Of a DNA stretch of 63,142 nucleotides, positions 50,530 through 59,154 are shown piece after piece; position 1 is the first letter of the stretch; every line of letters starts with the position of its first letter. Where the stretch lies: contig CAZFOD010000006.1 of NCBI GenBank assembly GCA_964520545.1, positions 1 through 63,142 of the forward strand. Reading direction: 5' to 3'. Under the pieces are notes generated by a model. It saw only the letters and a list, made by a program, of their open reading frames with translations, had not been told where the DNA came from and searched no databases. A program made the translations under genes and the position numbers. The DNA comes from an uncultured Candidatus Saccharibacteria bacterium. GTDB lineage: Bacteria > Patescibacteriota > Minisyncoccia > Phycocordibacterales > CAIZLB01.

Positions 50530-53500
50530 TTACTCCCGACCTTTCACGATGGCGATCTTTGCTGAGAGCCCATCAGCGTGTATTTCTTCTGCCTCAACTG
50601 AGCCGTACACAATTGACGTAGCCTGCACAGCTTTTGTGAACATTGCACTATGAGCATCAATTACATTCTTTCCGACTGAATCAGTCTCTATATTCAAGAC
50701 GATTTCGTCTGAAGGAGAAAGCCCAGCATTTTTACGCATCTCTTGCACAGCACGCATTAATTCTCGTACCTGTCCTTCAGATTTAAGTTCTGGTGTTATA
50801 TTCAGGTCAATTGCTATTACATCGCCTTTCTCTACTTTTTTAACATTAAGTTCATCTGCAATGATTGCAGCTAATTCATCAGACAATGTTACCGAAGCAT
50901 CATATGTGAAGCTAGAGAGTGGCTGTCGAACTTTAATACCAGCCTTTGATCGTAGTGCGAGACCAGCTTCAACTAATTTACGTGCAGTAGACATTGAATC
51001 AAGAAGTACTCCGTCAACCTCACCTGGCTCTGGCCAATCTTCCAAATGAACACTCAAGGCAGCATTAGATGGCTTTACCTTCTGATATATTTCTTCAGCT
51101 ATAAATGGTACAAATGGAGCCATTACTTTCGCAAGTGTAGCTAAAACATATTGAGTTGTTGCAAGCGCTTCCCGCTTATCCCCTTCATCATCTCCCTTAA
51201 ATCGATCTCTTGATCGGCGAAGATACCAAGTTGAAAGTTCATCAATGAAATCTGCGATTGGACGTGCTGCCTTATCGAGCTGATATGCATCAAGTGCGTT
51301 TGTGACATCAGAGATGAGTTTATTTAACTCAAAAACTATCCACTTATCAAGCACATGGTTATTCTTTGGTAATGCTCCGTCCGACACAACTCCTGTAGCG
51401 TAGGTATTGTAAAACACATATACGTTTTCTAACCTGTTAAACAATTTCTTATTGACTTCATCTAGTGATTTCTCTGAAAAAGCTACCTCTTCTCCGTGTA
51501 CAGCAGGTGATGATATGAGGAAATACCGGAGCGCATCAGCACCGTACTTTTCTACCGTTGGTAAAAGATCGGGGTAGTTGTTAAGACTCTTACTCATCTT
51601 GCGCCCATCCTCAGCAAGAATGAGACCGTTCACGATTACGTTCTTGTATGCTGACTTATCAAAAAGAGCCTTAGAGAGATTAAGGAGTGAATAAAACCAA
51701 CCTCTGGTCTGGTCGAGTCCTTCAGCGATAAAGTCCGCAGGAAAGATTGCATTATTCTCAGCAAGCATCTCTTCTTTGTGCTCGAATGGATAATGATTCT
51801 GTGCGAAGGACATTGATCCTGAGTCATACCAAACATCAAACACCTCTGGTACACGTCGCATAACTTCACCAGTATCATTTTTCCATGTCACTGCATCAAT
51901 ATATGGGCGATGGAGATCGAGTTCAAAACTTTCATTACATGGAAGTGGTACAAAATCACAAACATGAACAGATGCTGTTGGATCAGATACGTCAGCCCAA
52001 CCGTATCGAGTGAGATCCCTCATTGTTATTCCCTTCGCCACGTTAAGTGACAGTCGAAGTGGAAGACCATGAGTAACAACAAGAACCCTCGCACCTTTAT
52101 GTTTAGTTTCAATGTCATAAAAGAATTCCGCTATTCTCTTTTTTACATCTTCGACAGACTCTCCGTTAGGCACAGGTTTGTATAGGTGATCAAAAAGATT
52201 GTTGAAATAATTAGTTCGGCTACCCCAGTCGCTACCGTCAAAATCACCCGCGTTAATCTCTCGGAGACGCTTATCAAAAATAATACTGGTCTTTTCATAG
52301 CCAATAACTCCAGCTACAATCTCTGCTGTTTCCTTGGTACGTGAAAAGTCTGATGCATAAATGACTACATTTTCTACAGGACCAAGTCGAGCCTTCATAG
52401 CCTCAGCACTTACTCGCACCTCTTCCTTGCCCGCATCAGTAAGCGTAGATTCATCTAGCTTCTTCGAACTTATTGTATTTGTCAGGTTGCATGTTGCCTG
52501 TCCGTGACGCATAACAAAGAATTCATTTCCTCTTCCATCCTTCCTTATTTTATCCTTGAGTTCCTCAACTGAACTTATGAATTCTGTCTTTCCTGTCTTT
52601 TCCCCTTTCCACACAGGTATTGGTGATCCCCAATATCGAGAACGAGATACAGCCCAGTCTCGAGCACCTTCAAGCCATTTACCGAATCGTCCTTCTCCAA
52701 TTTCTTTTGGTACCCACGAGATTTTCTTGTTTTCTTCAACGAGTCTATCCTTCAAATCTGTAATCTTCACGAACCATGATGAAGTTGCATAGTTAAGAAG
52801 CGGTGTATTACATCGCCAACAATGAGGATATGAGTGGATATATTTCTCTTTCTTAAAAAGAGCAATGTACTCCTCTCGATCGCCATGCTTGTGAGCTAAA
52901 TATTTAATTATCTCAATATCACCTTTCTGGTGGTCATCGATTGGTTTTGCTGACTGTCCAGCAAAATCAGTCACAGCCGGAACGAAAAGTCCGTCAGTTC
53001 CAACATGGTGTATGACAGGAAGATTTTCCCTTCGTGCCAAGTTCATGTCATCTTCCCCATACGCTGGAGCAATATGGACAATTCCTGTACCGTCTTCAGC
53101 AGTTACAAAGTCGCCAGCATATATTTTCCATGCATTGTCTCTCCGATCCTCATTGTCGCCGACCATGGTTCCTTTTACTGCGTAATATGGAAATACAGGT
53201 AGATATGACTTCCCTACTAAAGCAGATCCTTTGGCTTCTTCTAAAATCTTTACTCCCTCCACTGTCCCAAAAACTTTTTCAATCAATCCACGAGTTACCC
53301 AATATTTGGAATTTTCAAATTCCACTTTTACATAGTCGAGATCTGCATTAACAGCAAGTGCAACATTTCCAGGCAGAGTCCATGGTGTTGTAGTCCACGC
53401 TAATACATATGTACCGAGTTCATCTTTTAATTCAAACTTTACGAACGCAGAAATATCCGTTATATCCTTGTACCCCTGCGCAACTTCAAAGTTAGAAAGT

Positions 53501-54090
53501 GATGTTCCGCATCGAGGACAGAATGGCATAACTTTGTAGCTTTCATACACCAAACCTTTTTTGTTAAGTTCGGAGAAAGACCACATAACAGATTCCATGT
53601 ATGAGGCATCCATAGTGCGATAGTCATTGTCCATATCCACCCATCTACCCAATCGAGGAATGATTTGTTTCCACTCATCTGCATACGTAAGTACACTCTC
53701 ACGTGCCTCCTTGTTAAACTTCCCGACACCAATCTCCTCAATATCTTTCTTGTTCTTGAGACCTAGTTTCTTTTCGATCAAGTTCTCAATTGGTAGACCG
53801 TGACAGTCCCATCCCCACCGACGAGGTACATTGTATCCGCGCATCGTCTTGTATCGAGGGATGGCATCTTTAACAGTTGTTGGTAACACATGTCCGTAGT
53901 GAGGTAGGCCTGTTGCGTATGGTGGACCATCATAAAATACAAAATTGCCCTTCGGCGAAGGCTTGTTCAAACTCTTCTGGAATATGTCGTTCTCTTTCCA
54001 GAATGCTAGGATCCTGTTTTCTCGTTCGTGCATGGTTGAAACTTCTAGTAGCAACAAATATAGCCACTGTTTGTAGGCATATAGTAGCAT
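50530..54090 (-). CDS. ileS: isoleucyl-tRNA synthetase (type 2) with an inserted histidine-phosphatase domain; likely start M20 at 54033
   Basis: PPYATGLPHYGH (HIGH), the editing domain TTTPWTLPGN, WAVSRSRYWGSPIPVW, DVWYDSGS and KMSKSL. About 195 extra residues between PIPVW and DLHRPYID carry RHG...R...E...H motifs. Confidence 0.95.
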   Translation of the reverse strand: MLLYAYKQWLYLLLLEVSTMHERENRILAFWKENDIFQKSLNKPSPKGNFVFYDGPPYATGLPHYGHVLPTTVKDAIPRYKTMRGYNVPRRWGWDCHGLPIENLIEKKLGLKNKKDIEEIGVGKFNKEARESVLTYADEWKQIIPRLGRWVDMDNDYRTMDASYMESVMWSFSELNKKGLVYESYKVMPFCPRCGTSLSNFEVAQGYKDITDISAFVKFELKDELGTYVLAWTTTPWTLPGNVALAVNADLDYVKVEFENSKYWVTRGLIEKVFGTVEGVKILEEAKGSALVGKSYLPVFPYYAVKGTMVGDNEDRRDNAWKIYAGDFVTAEDGTGIVHIAPAYGEDDMNLARRENLPVIHHVGTDGLFVPAVTDFAGQSAKPIDDHQKGDIEIIKYLAHKHGDREEYIALFKKEKYIHSYPHCWRCNTPLLNYATSSWFVKITDLKDRLVEENKKISWVPKEIGEGRFGKWLEGARDWAVSRSRYWGSPIPVWKGEKTGKTEFISSVEELKDKIRKDGRGNEFFVMRHGQATCNLTNTISSKKLDESTLTDAGKEEVRVSAEAMKARLGPVENVVIYASDFSRTKETAEIVAGVIGYEKTSIIFDKRLREINAGDFDGSDWGSRTNYFNNLFDHLYKPVPNGESVEDVKKRIAEFFYDIETKHKGARVLVVTHGLPLRLSLNVAKGITMRDLTRYGWADVSDPTASVHVCDFVPLPCNESFELDLHRPYIDAVTWKNDTGEVMRRVPEVFDVWYDSGSMSFAQNHYPFEHKEEMLAENNAIFPADFIAEGLDQTRGWFYSLLNLSKALFDKSAYKNVIVNGLILAEDGRKMSKSLNNYPDLLPTVEKYGADALRYFLISSPAVHGEEVAFSEKSLDEVNKKLFNRLENVYVFYNTYATGVVSDGALPKNNHVLDKWIVFELNKLISDVTNALDAYQLDKAARPIADFIDELSTWYLRRSRDRFKGDDEGDKREALATTQYVLATLAKVMAPFVPFIAEEIYQKVKPSNAALSVHLEDWPEPGEVDGVLLDSMSTARKLVEAGLALRSKAGIKVRQPLSSFTYDASVTLSDELAAIIADELNVKKVEKGDVIAIDLNITPELKSEGQVRELMRAVQEMRKNAGLSPSDEIVLNIETDSVGKNVIDAHSAMFTKAVQATSIVYGSVEAEEIHADGLSAKIAIVKGRE

Positions 54091-54103
54091 TCAGGAATGC
54101 AAA

Positions 54104-54135
54104 AGGCCATCTGAACGGATTCGTTCAGATGGCCT
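54104..54135 (-). terminator. rho-independent terminator after ORF 54155..54652
   Basis: A perfect 13-bp stem AGGCCATCTGAAC / GTTCAGATGGCCT followed by TTTTG on the minus strand. Confidence 0.65.
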
Positions 54136-54154
54136 CTGGATTAGAACTGCCCCC

Positions 54155-54652
54155 CTAGAATTGAAAGGCGAGTTCTTCACTGACTGTGTGGGGGAGCGTT
54201 TCGAGAGGAGATGTTTTGAGTTGTTCCCCTTCATCAAGCGGTGGTAGCTCCGGCGGCTGACGGAAGTCAAAATACCGGATCATCAACACGGCACCGTTTG
54301 GCAACCGGAGGTACAGCGCCCCATCTTTGCCGACTTCGGCGCTGACACTTGGTTTCTTTGAATCCTGCTCTGTGGAAACAGCGTGACGTTTCATCCCGAC
54401 AAGACTCACTTCTTCTCTGTCTCCGAGAGGTTCTTCATCACGAGCCTCATCGCCGGAGGGGGTGTCATCCTCAGCGTTCACAGCACTCGGTCGGTCGTAA
54501 TTAAACACCATCTGCATAAAACCAACCCGAGTGTAAACCGAACTTGTCGGTGACGATGTGCGGAGAAGATCTCCGAAGAACGAATCGAGGGCGTACATCA
54601 GCGTACACACCGATACGGTCGCCGCGAATATAACTGCAACTGGATTTTTCAT
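54155..54652 (-). CDS. secreted orphan protein (165 aa) in a G+C-rich cassette
   Basis: Signal-like N-terminus (MKNPVAVIFAATVSVCTLMYA), an acidic middle, and its own terminator. Confidence 0.55.
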   Translation of the reverse strand: MKNPVAVIFAATVSVCTLMYALDSFFGDLLRTSSPTSSVYTRVGFMQMVFNYDRPSAVNAEDDTPSGDEARDEEPLGDREEVSLVGMKRHAVSTEQDSKKPSVSAEVGKDGALYLRLPNGAVLMIRYFDFRQPPELPPLDEGEQLKTSPLETLPHTVSEELAFQF

Positions 54653-54762
54653 GTGCTGGTTGTTGGGTTGCGTACGGAGAGGCTCTCCTCTTCGGACTGG
54701 ATTTACTGGACTCTATTGAGAAGCCTAGCTCTGCCCCCTGACGTTGTCAATCAAAAAGAAAT

Positions 54763-54797
54763 CTAGCCTCCCTCACGCAGGGCATGAGGGAGGCTAG
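54763..54797 (-). terminator. rho-independent terminator after ORF 54817..55353
   Basis: A perfect 13-bp stem CTAGCCTCCCTCA / TGAGGGAGGCTAG followed by ATTTCTTTTTG on the minus strand. Confidence 0.65.
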
Positions 54798-54816
54798 TGT
54801 TTTTCATGATGACCGA

Positions 54817-55353
54817 CTACGAATGCCGACAACCGTATCGGCTCCCCATGCCACCGCCAGTGCTGAAGGCGATAATGCGGGGCAACGAGGATGGGACAGG
54901 CTTAATCTTCTTGCCAACGACTTGAAACTGCGGGGCGGGAGTGACCTTCGCCGGCGCGTCACGCTTTTGTTTGGGCGGGTCAGACAAGAGGCGAAAGATG
55001 CCAATCGAAGACTTCTGCGTGGGGGTCTTGGGCAAAACATTTTTCTGCCAATCTGGGTGCGGCACGACTGGCGGATCTGAAACGCCGAGATTGTCTCGCG
55101 CGATGCATTGGGCCAGCTGCCTCTTCGCACGCACGAGATCCGGTGTCATTCCGGGAACTGCATGGATGTTGGAATCATCCGTGCCGACTAACGGGTCTAT
55201 GTACTTCATGGTATGGGACTCTAGTTTGGTTGTTCTTGGTTTTCTCAACCCACATGCGTTTTCAAACGCATACCTTCTGGACCAAACCATATCATGCGTA
55301 AATATATGCGTCAACATCATCTTCTTGTAACATGGTAGTAGTTCAGACGTCAT
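54817..55353 (-). CDS. orphan protein in a G+C-rich cassette (178-aa ORF; alternative start MKYIDPL at 55209 gives 130 aa)
   Basis: Longest of several overlapping ORFs here and the only one followed by a matching terminator. Pro/Lys-rich with no motif recognised. Confidence 0.4.
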   Translation of the reverse strand: MTSELLPCYKKMMLTHIFTHDMVWSRRYAFENACGLRKPRTTKLESHTMKYIDPLVGTDDSNIHAVPGMTPDLVRAKRQLAQCIARDNLGVSDPPVVPHPDWQKNVLPKTPTQKSSIGIFRLLSDPPKQKRDAPAKVTPAPQFQVVGKKIKPVPSSLPRIIAFSTGGGMGSRYGCRHS

Positions 55354-55566
55354 AGGAAGTGGGCAAGTATAGATCGAACAAGCGTTGTGTCGAGCTTCAA
55401 TAAGGCTTCAGTTTTCCGATGTTTTGCACCGCAAAACTTCAACCTCAAACACCTTATTGACCTCTCGTCACACAACCCTTCTTCCTTCTACTTCCCTCGT
55501 TCTTTCAGACCGGCCGCTTTGCATCACGCAGGCGGCTTTTCGTTTACATTAAATTTAAAGAAAAAA

Positions 55567-55589
55567 TCTCTCCCTGGGGTGGGGAGAGA
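55567..55589 (-). terminator. rho-independent terminator after small ORF 55610..55786
   Basis: TCTCTCCC / GGGAGAGA stem followed by TTTTTT on the minus strand. Confidence 0.6.
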
Positions 55590-55609
55590 GTTTCATTTCC
55601 AAAGTGAGG

Positions 55610-55786
55610 CTAGCGACCTCGGCGAGACTTGAACTTCTTTCGTTTGTACCGATATACTCGTCGCCGAGCATTTCCAAAAAGAAAATGTCCGGTATTCATT
55701 CTTCGCCCGCGTTCTGCTTCATCGTCATCGTCATCGTCGTGTAAATCAGGATCGACGAGTCCTTCTTCGTTTGGATTAACTTTCAT
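55610..55786 (-). CDS. small bipolar protein (58 aa): poly-Asp N-terminal half, Arg/Lys-rich C-terminal half
   Basis: Translates as MKVNPNEEGLVDPDLHDDDDDDEAERGRRMNTGHFLFGNARRRVYRYKRKKFKSRRGR. Below the ORF-track cutoff. Followed by its own terminator. Confidence 0.4.
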   Translation of the reverse strand: MKVNPNEEGLVDPDLHDDDDDDEAERGRRMNTGHFLFGNARRRVYRYKRKKFKSRRGR

Positions 55787-55879
55787 AGGCTGGGTGTTCT
55801 GTGCTGTGATCGCTACTCGTCACATGAATTGTGGCGTGCAACCTATGGCCATCATCCTCAAAATGATACGGCTTGTCAA

Positions 55880-56782
55880 TTACACACGCGCCGTCACTTT
55901 CCTGCAGTCATATATACAGTACGTCACTCCTTCTCTTTCTTTATCGCAAGCTTCACAGCAAATGAAGTGCAGATGACACTCATCATTTGGACAATTTACA
56001 TATCTCTCATTTGCAACACCACAATATTCACAAGAACCGACAACAGGACGATCCTTTGTCGTATCCATAGTGATACGGTCATCAAAGACATACAGTGCTC
56101 CATCGAAATCTTTTCCTGGAAACTTTTGCATGTATGTAGCCATACCTCCATCCAATTGATATACATCTTTGAATCCTTTCTTTATCAAATATCCCGAAGC
56201 TTTTTCGCATCGTACTCCGCCAGTACAAACTGTAAGTACTTTCTTGTTTTTCAAATGTTCGAAATTTTCAGTAACCTCCTTAAGCTGTCTGAAATACCTC
56301 ATACCCGCATCAGTTGAACCTTTAAATCGGCCAACTTTGAATTCATACGTATTGCGCATATCGATGATGTGAAAATCTTTTCCAGCTTCTCCAGTTTCAA
56401 ACCACTTACGAAGTTCCTCAGGAGGAAGATGCGTTCCGGTTGTAACATTTGGGTCAACATCATCTTCACCCAGCTTTGCTGCTACGATTTCTGTTCTTAC
56501 TTTCACAACTAATTTAGGAAATGACTTCCCTGTTCCCTCGCTTCTTTTAAAAACAACATCTGCAAAGTTTCCAAAAGTGCATTGTGTTAGAAGCTTGCAA
56601 TATTCATCAACTGATTCAGGTGCTCCCTCGAGAGTTCCATTGATACCTTCTTTTGCAATGAGTACACGGCCCTTAAGGTTTAGTTTCGTGCACACATCCT
56701 TATGCCAGAGCATAAAAGCCTCCGGATCTGCTACGGTGGTGTATTTATAGTAAAGGATGATATCGAATCGATTGTCGATCAT
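55880..56782 (-). CDS. trhO: rhodanese-domain protein of the UPF0176/YceA (TrhO, tRNA U34 hydroxylase) family
   Basis: ILYYKYT......H...C..L.LKGRVLIAKEGINGTLEG, the rhodanese active-site loop CTGGVRCEKAS, and a C-terminal Cys cluster (CEYCG...CPNDECHLHFICCEAC). Confidence 0.85.
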   Translation of the reverse strand: MIDNRFDIILYYKYTTVADPEAFMLWHKDVCTKLNLKGRVLIAKEGINGTLEGAPESVDEYCKLLTQCTFGNFADVVFKRSEGTGKSFPKLVVKVRTEIVAAKLGEDDVDPNVTTGTHLPPEELRKWFETGEAGKDFHIIDMRNTYEFKVGRFKGSTDAGMRYFRQLKEVTENFEHLKNKKVLTVCTGGVRCEKASGYLIKKGFKDVYQLDGGMATYMQKFPGKDFDGALYVFDDRITMDTTKDRPVVGSCEYCGVANERYVNCPNDECHLHFICCEACDKEREGVTYCIYDCRKVTARV

Positions 56783-56820
56783 GTGGCTACGATGACATAT
56801 TTTAGACTAAGTTTCAACAA

Positions 56821-58638
56821 CTACATCTTCTTCGGAACCTGTATACCGAGAAGCCAGAGACCTCCTGACATGACACGGGTAAAAGCACTTACAAGCGCCA
56901 CCTTATATGGCGCAAACTTATCCTCCTCGTTCACCACTTGCGTTGAGTTATAGAAAGAGTTGAATTCTCCAGCAAGTTCCATGAGATAGTTAGCAACATG
57001 GTGTGGTGCTCTTTCAATCTCTGCCCGAGCGGCTGTTTCTGGGAATCTAACAAGTAGGCGCTCTAGTTTTCCACCAGGCCACTGCAATGTTCCAGCTTCA
57101 AGTTCTGGACTCCATTCAATATCAGTAGACGGCAAGATATTTACAGCTGAAGCTTTTCCTAAAATTGAATTTGCTCTTACAACTGAATATTGAAGATATG
57201 GACCAGAGTCACCTTCAAATGATAGAGACTTTTCAGCGTCAAAGATGATGTCCTTACCCGAAGCTTGTCGTAGCACTGTGTATTTTATAGCAGCAACTCC
57301 GACCTGGTCCGCAGCAATTTTCTTGTCTTCCTCATCCATTTCCCTTTCTTTCATTCGCTCTAGCGCCATTTCTCGCATATCGTTAATGAGAGATTCACCG
57401 GTAATGACATCACCTGTTCGCGATGACATCTTTCCTGTTGGTAATCTGAGCATTCCATGAGAAATGTGCTCGGCTTTTGTTCCAATTTCTGGGAAAAGCA
57501 ATTCTGTGAGTTTCAAGATAACTCTAAAGTAATCATTCTGCTCGTTTCCAGAGACAGTAATACCCTTGTCGTATTGGTAAGCTTCGTACTTCATTTTCGC
57601 CAAACCAATTTCTTTTCCATCGTAGGTTGGTAAATTATCACGCGTTATGAATACACGAGTATGGAGTGGAGCTCCTTTTCTATCTGTATATTCCTCGCCT
57701 GGAAAGATGACAGCACCTTCACTTTCTTTAAAAAGTTTCAAACCGTTTGGATCTGTATTTGCTCGCACAATCTCAAGACCTGGAGCTGTAGCCTGACTCT
57801 CAAAGAAATATCTATCGAATGTTGTTCCGAGAATTTTGTACAACTCTTCAAAATGCTCAAGGCTCCACTCTTTTCCCTTATCATATATTCCATTTACCTC
57901 ATCATCGCTTCTGTCATATATCTTCTTGTTTATCTCCTTCACCTCTGTTTCAGCTTTTGTAAATTCACTCTTTACATCATCAGAAGATCCTTCTGCCTTT
58001 GCAGCCATCTCAAGCTTCTTATATGCCTGTGCTCCTTTTGCATATGCCTCACCTAGAAATGTAACCTTTTCAGTCAATGTAACATCGTCTGAAGGAAACG
58101 ATTTGTCCATAAATCTCAACCCCCACAGTGTGAGTGCAACATGTCTACCGACATCTCCTTGATAGCAGAAACGTTTTATCTCTGCACCAGTGTATTCCCC
58201 CAAACGGCTCAATGACTCGCCGATGGTATTAGCCATGAGGTGCCCAATGTGAAATTGTTTGAACGGATTTGGATCTGTATATTCAAAAGCAAACTTCTTT
58301 CCAGTATTTACGTTACTTCTTCCGTACTGATCGTTTTGTAGAATCTCAGCAATACCATTTTTTATGGTAACGCTTGTTTGATAGAAATTGATGAAGCCTG
58401 GACCCGCAACCTCAACCTTCTCTATACCTGGAATACCCTGAGCTTTAATGGCTTCCACTAACTGAAGCGCTAGTGTCACAGGATTTACCTTCATAAACTT
58501 AGACAATGCGAGAGCAATATTTGTAGAGAAATCTCCATGCAGCATGTCAGACGGACGCTCAATAACGATCCTTTCAGGTACTTCTATATTTAGACTTGCC
58601 AATGTGGTCTTGATGGCAGCGATGAGAATGTCTTGCAT
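56821..58638 (-). CDS. argS: arginyl-tRNA synthetase
   Basis: N-terminal Arg-tRNA-binding domain, DPNPFKQFHIGH (HIGH), MSSRTG (the KMSKS equivalent) and a C-terminal DALR-type helical domain. Confidence 0.95.
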   Translation of the reverse strand: MQDILIAAIKTTLASLNIEVPERIVIERPSDMLHGDFSTNIALALSKFMKVNPVTLALQLVEAIKAQGIPGIEKVEVAGPGFINFYQTSVTIKNGIAEILQNDQYGRSNVNTGKKFAFEYTDPNPFKQFHIGHLMANTIGESLSRLGEYTGAEIKRFCYQGDVGRHVALTLWGLRFMDKSFPSDDVTLTEKVTFLGEAYAKGAQAYKKLEMAAKAEGSSDDVKSEFTKAETEVKEINKKIYDRSDDEVNGIYDKGKEWSLEHFEELYKILGTTFDRYFFESQATAPGLEIVRANTDPNGLKLFKESEGAVIFPGEEYTDRKGAPLHTRVFITRDNLPTYDGKEIGLAKMKYEAYQYDKGITVSGNEQNDYFRVILKLTELLFPEIGTKAEHISHGMLRLPTGKMSSRTGDVITGESLINDMREMALERMKEREMDEEDKKIAADQVGVAAIKYTVLRQASGKDIIFDAEKSLSFEGDSGPYLQYSVVRANSILGKASAVNILPSTDIEWSPELEAGTLQWPGGKLERLLVRFPETAARAEIERAPHHVANYLMELAGEFNSFYNSTQVVNEEDKFAPYKVALVSAFTRVMSGGLWLLGIQVPKKM

Positions 58639-58653
58639 GGAAAGAGTGTAGCA

Positions 58654-59121
58654 TTACTTTCCCGTCGAACCAAAACTTCCGGCACCCCTTTCTGTATCTC
58701 CAAGGTCATCCGTTTCAGTGATCTCGGCATGTAGTCGTTCTTGAATTATCATCTGTGCAACTTTGTGTCCTTTTTCAAAGGTGTACCCCTTTTCTGAAAG
58801 ATTCACGACTCCGACAATGATTTCTCCTCGGTATCCTGCATCGATAACTCCTCCCATTGTTTTTATACCCTCCCTAATACCAATACTGCTCTTGTCCCAA
58901 ATCAGACCGACGAAACCCTCTGGAATTGCCATTGCAATACCCGTTGGAACTTGAGCTTGTTTTCCAGGGGGTACACTTACAGCATTCTGAGCATACAAAT
59001 CAAACGCCGCGTCTCCAGGGAGAGCATACTTTGGCACAACAGCATCTGGATATAGCTTTTTTATTTTAAGATTAACTGGCATGTGAGTAGATAATATCAT
59101 AAAGAAAACCCCGCGATGCAC
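58654..59121 (-). CDS. dut: dUTP pyrophosphatase (trimeric dUTPase); likely start MPVNLKI at 59082
   Basis: GDAAFDLYA, GLIWDKSSIG, GVIDAGYRGEI and a C-terminal RGAGSFGSTG. Confidence 0.92.
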   Translation of the reverse strand: MHRGVFFMILSTHMPVNLKIKKLYPDAVVPKYALPGDAAFDLYAQNAVSVPPGKQAQVPTGIAMAIPEGFVGLIWDKSSIGIREGIKTMGGVIDAGYRGEIIVGVVNLSEKGYTFEKGHKVAQMIIQERLHAEITETDDLGDTERGAGSFGSTGK

Positions 59122-59135
59122 ATGGCACCGCGGGG
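59109..59135 (-). terminator. rho-independent terminator after the MazG-like gene
   Basis: CCCCGCG ... CGCGGGG followed by TTTTCTTT on the minus strand. It lies between the MazG-like stop and the probable dut start. Confidence 0.6.
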
Positions 59136-59154
59136 CTTCGTTTCTTTGTCGGCT

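Noticed and set aside
54784-55330. Overlapping ORFs 54784..55080 (+), 54941..55330 (+) and 54804..55130 (-) in the G+C-rich islet.
   Set aside because: All are mutually exclusive with 54817..55353 (-), which is the longest ORF and the only one matched by a terminator immediately after its stop. None can be proven, so confidence is kept low.
55718-55740. Short trinucleotide tracts: (GTC/ATC)n at 55718-55740 and (ACA/GTT)n at about 3395-3420. They could be microsatellite or CRISPR-like repeats.
   Set aside because: They are in-frame codon runs (poly-Asp and poly-Thr) inside ORFs. There is no repeat-spacer architecture anywhere in the window, so no CRISPR array is present.
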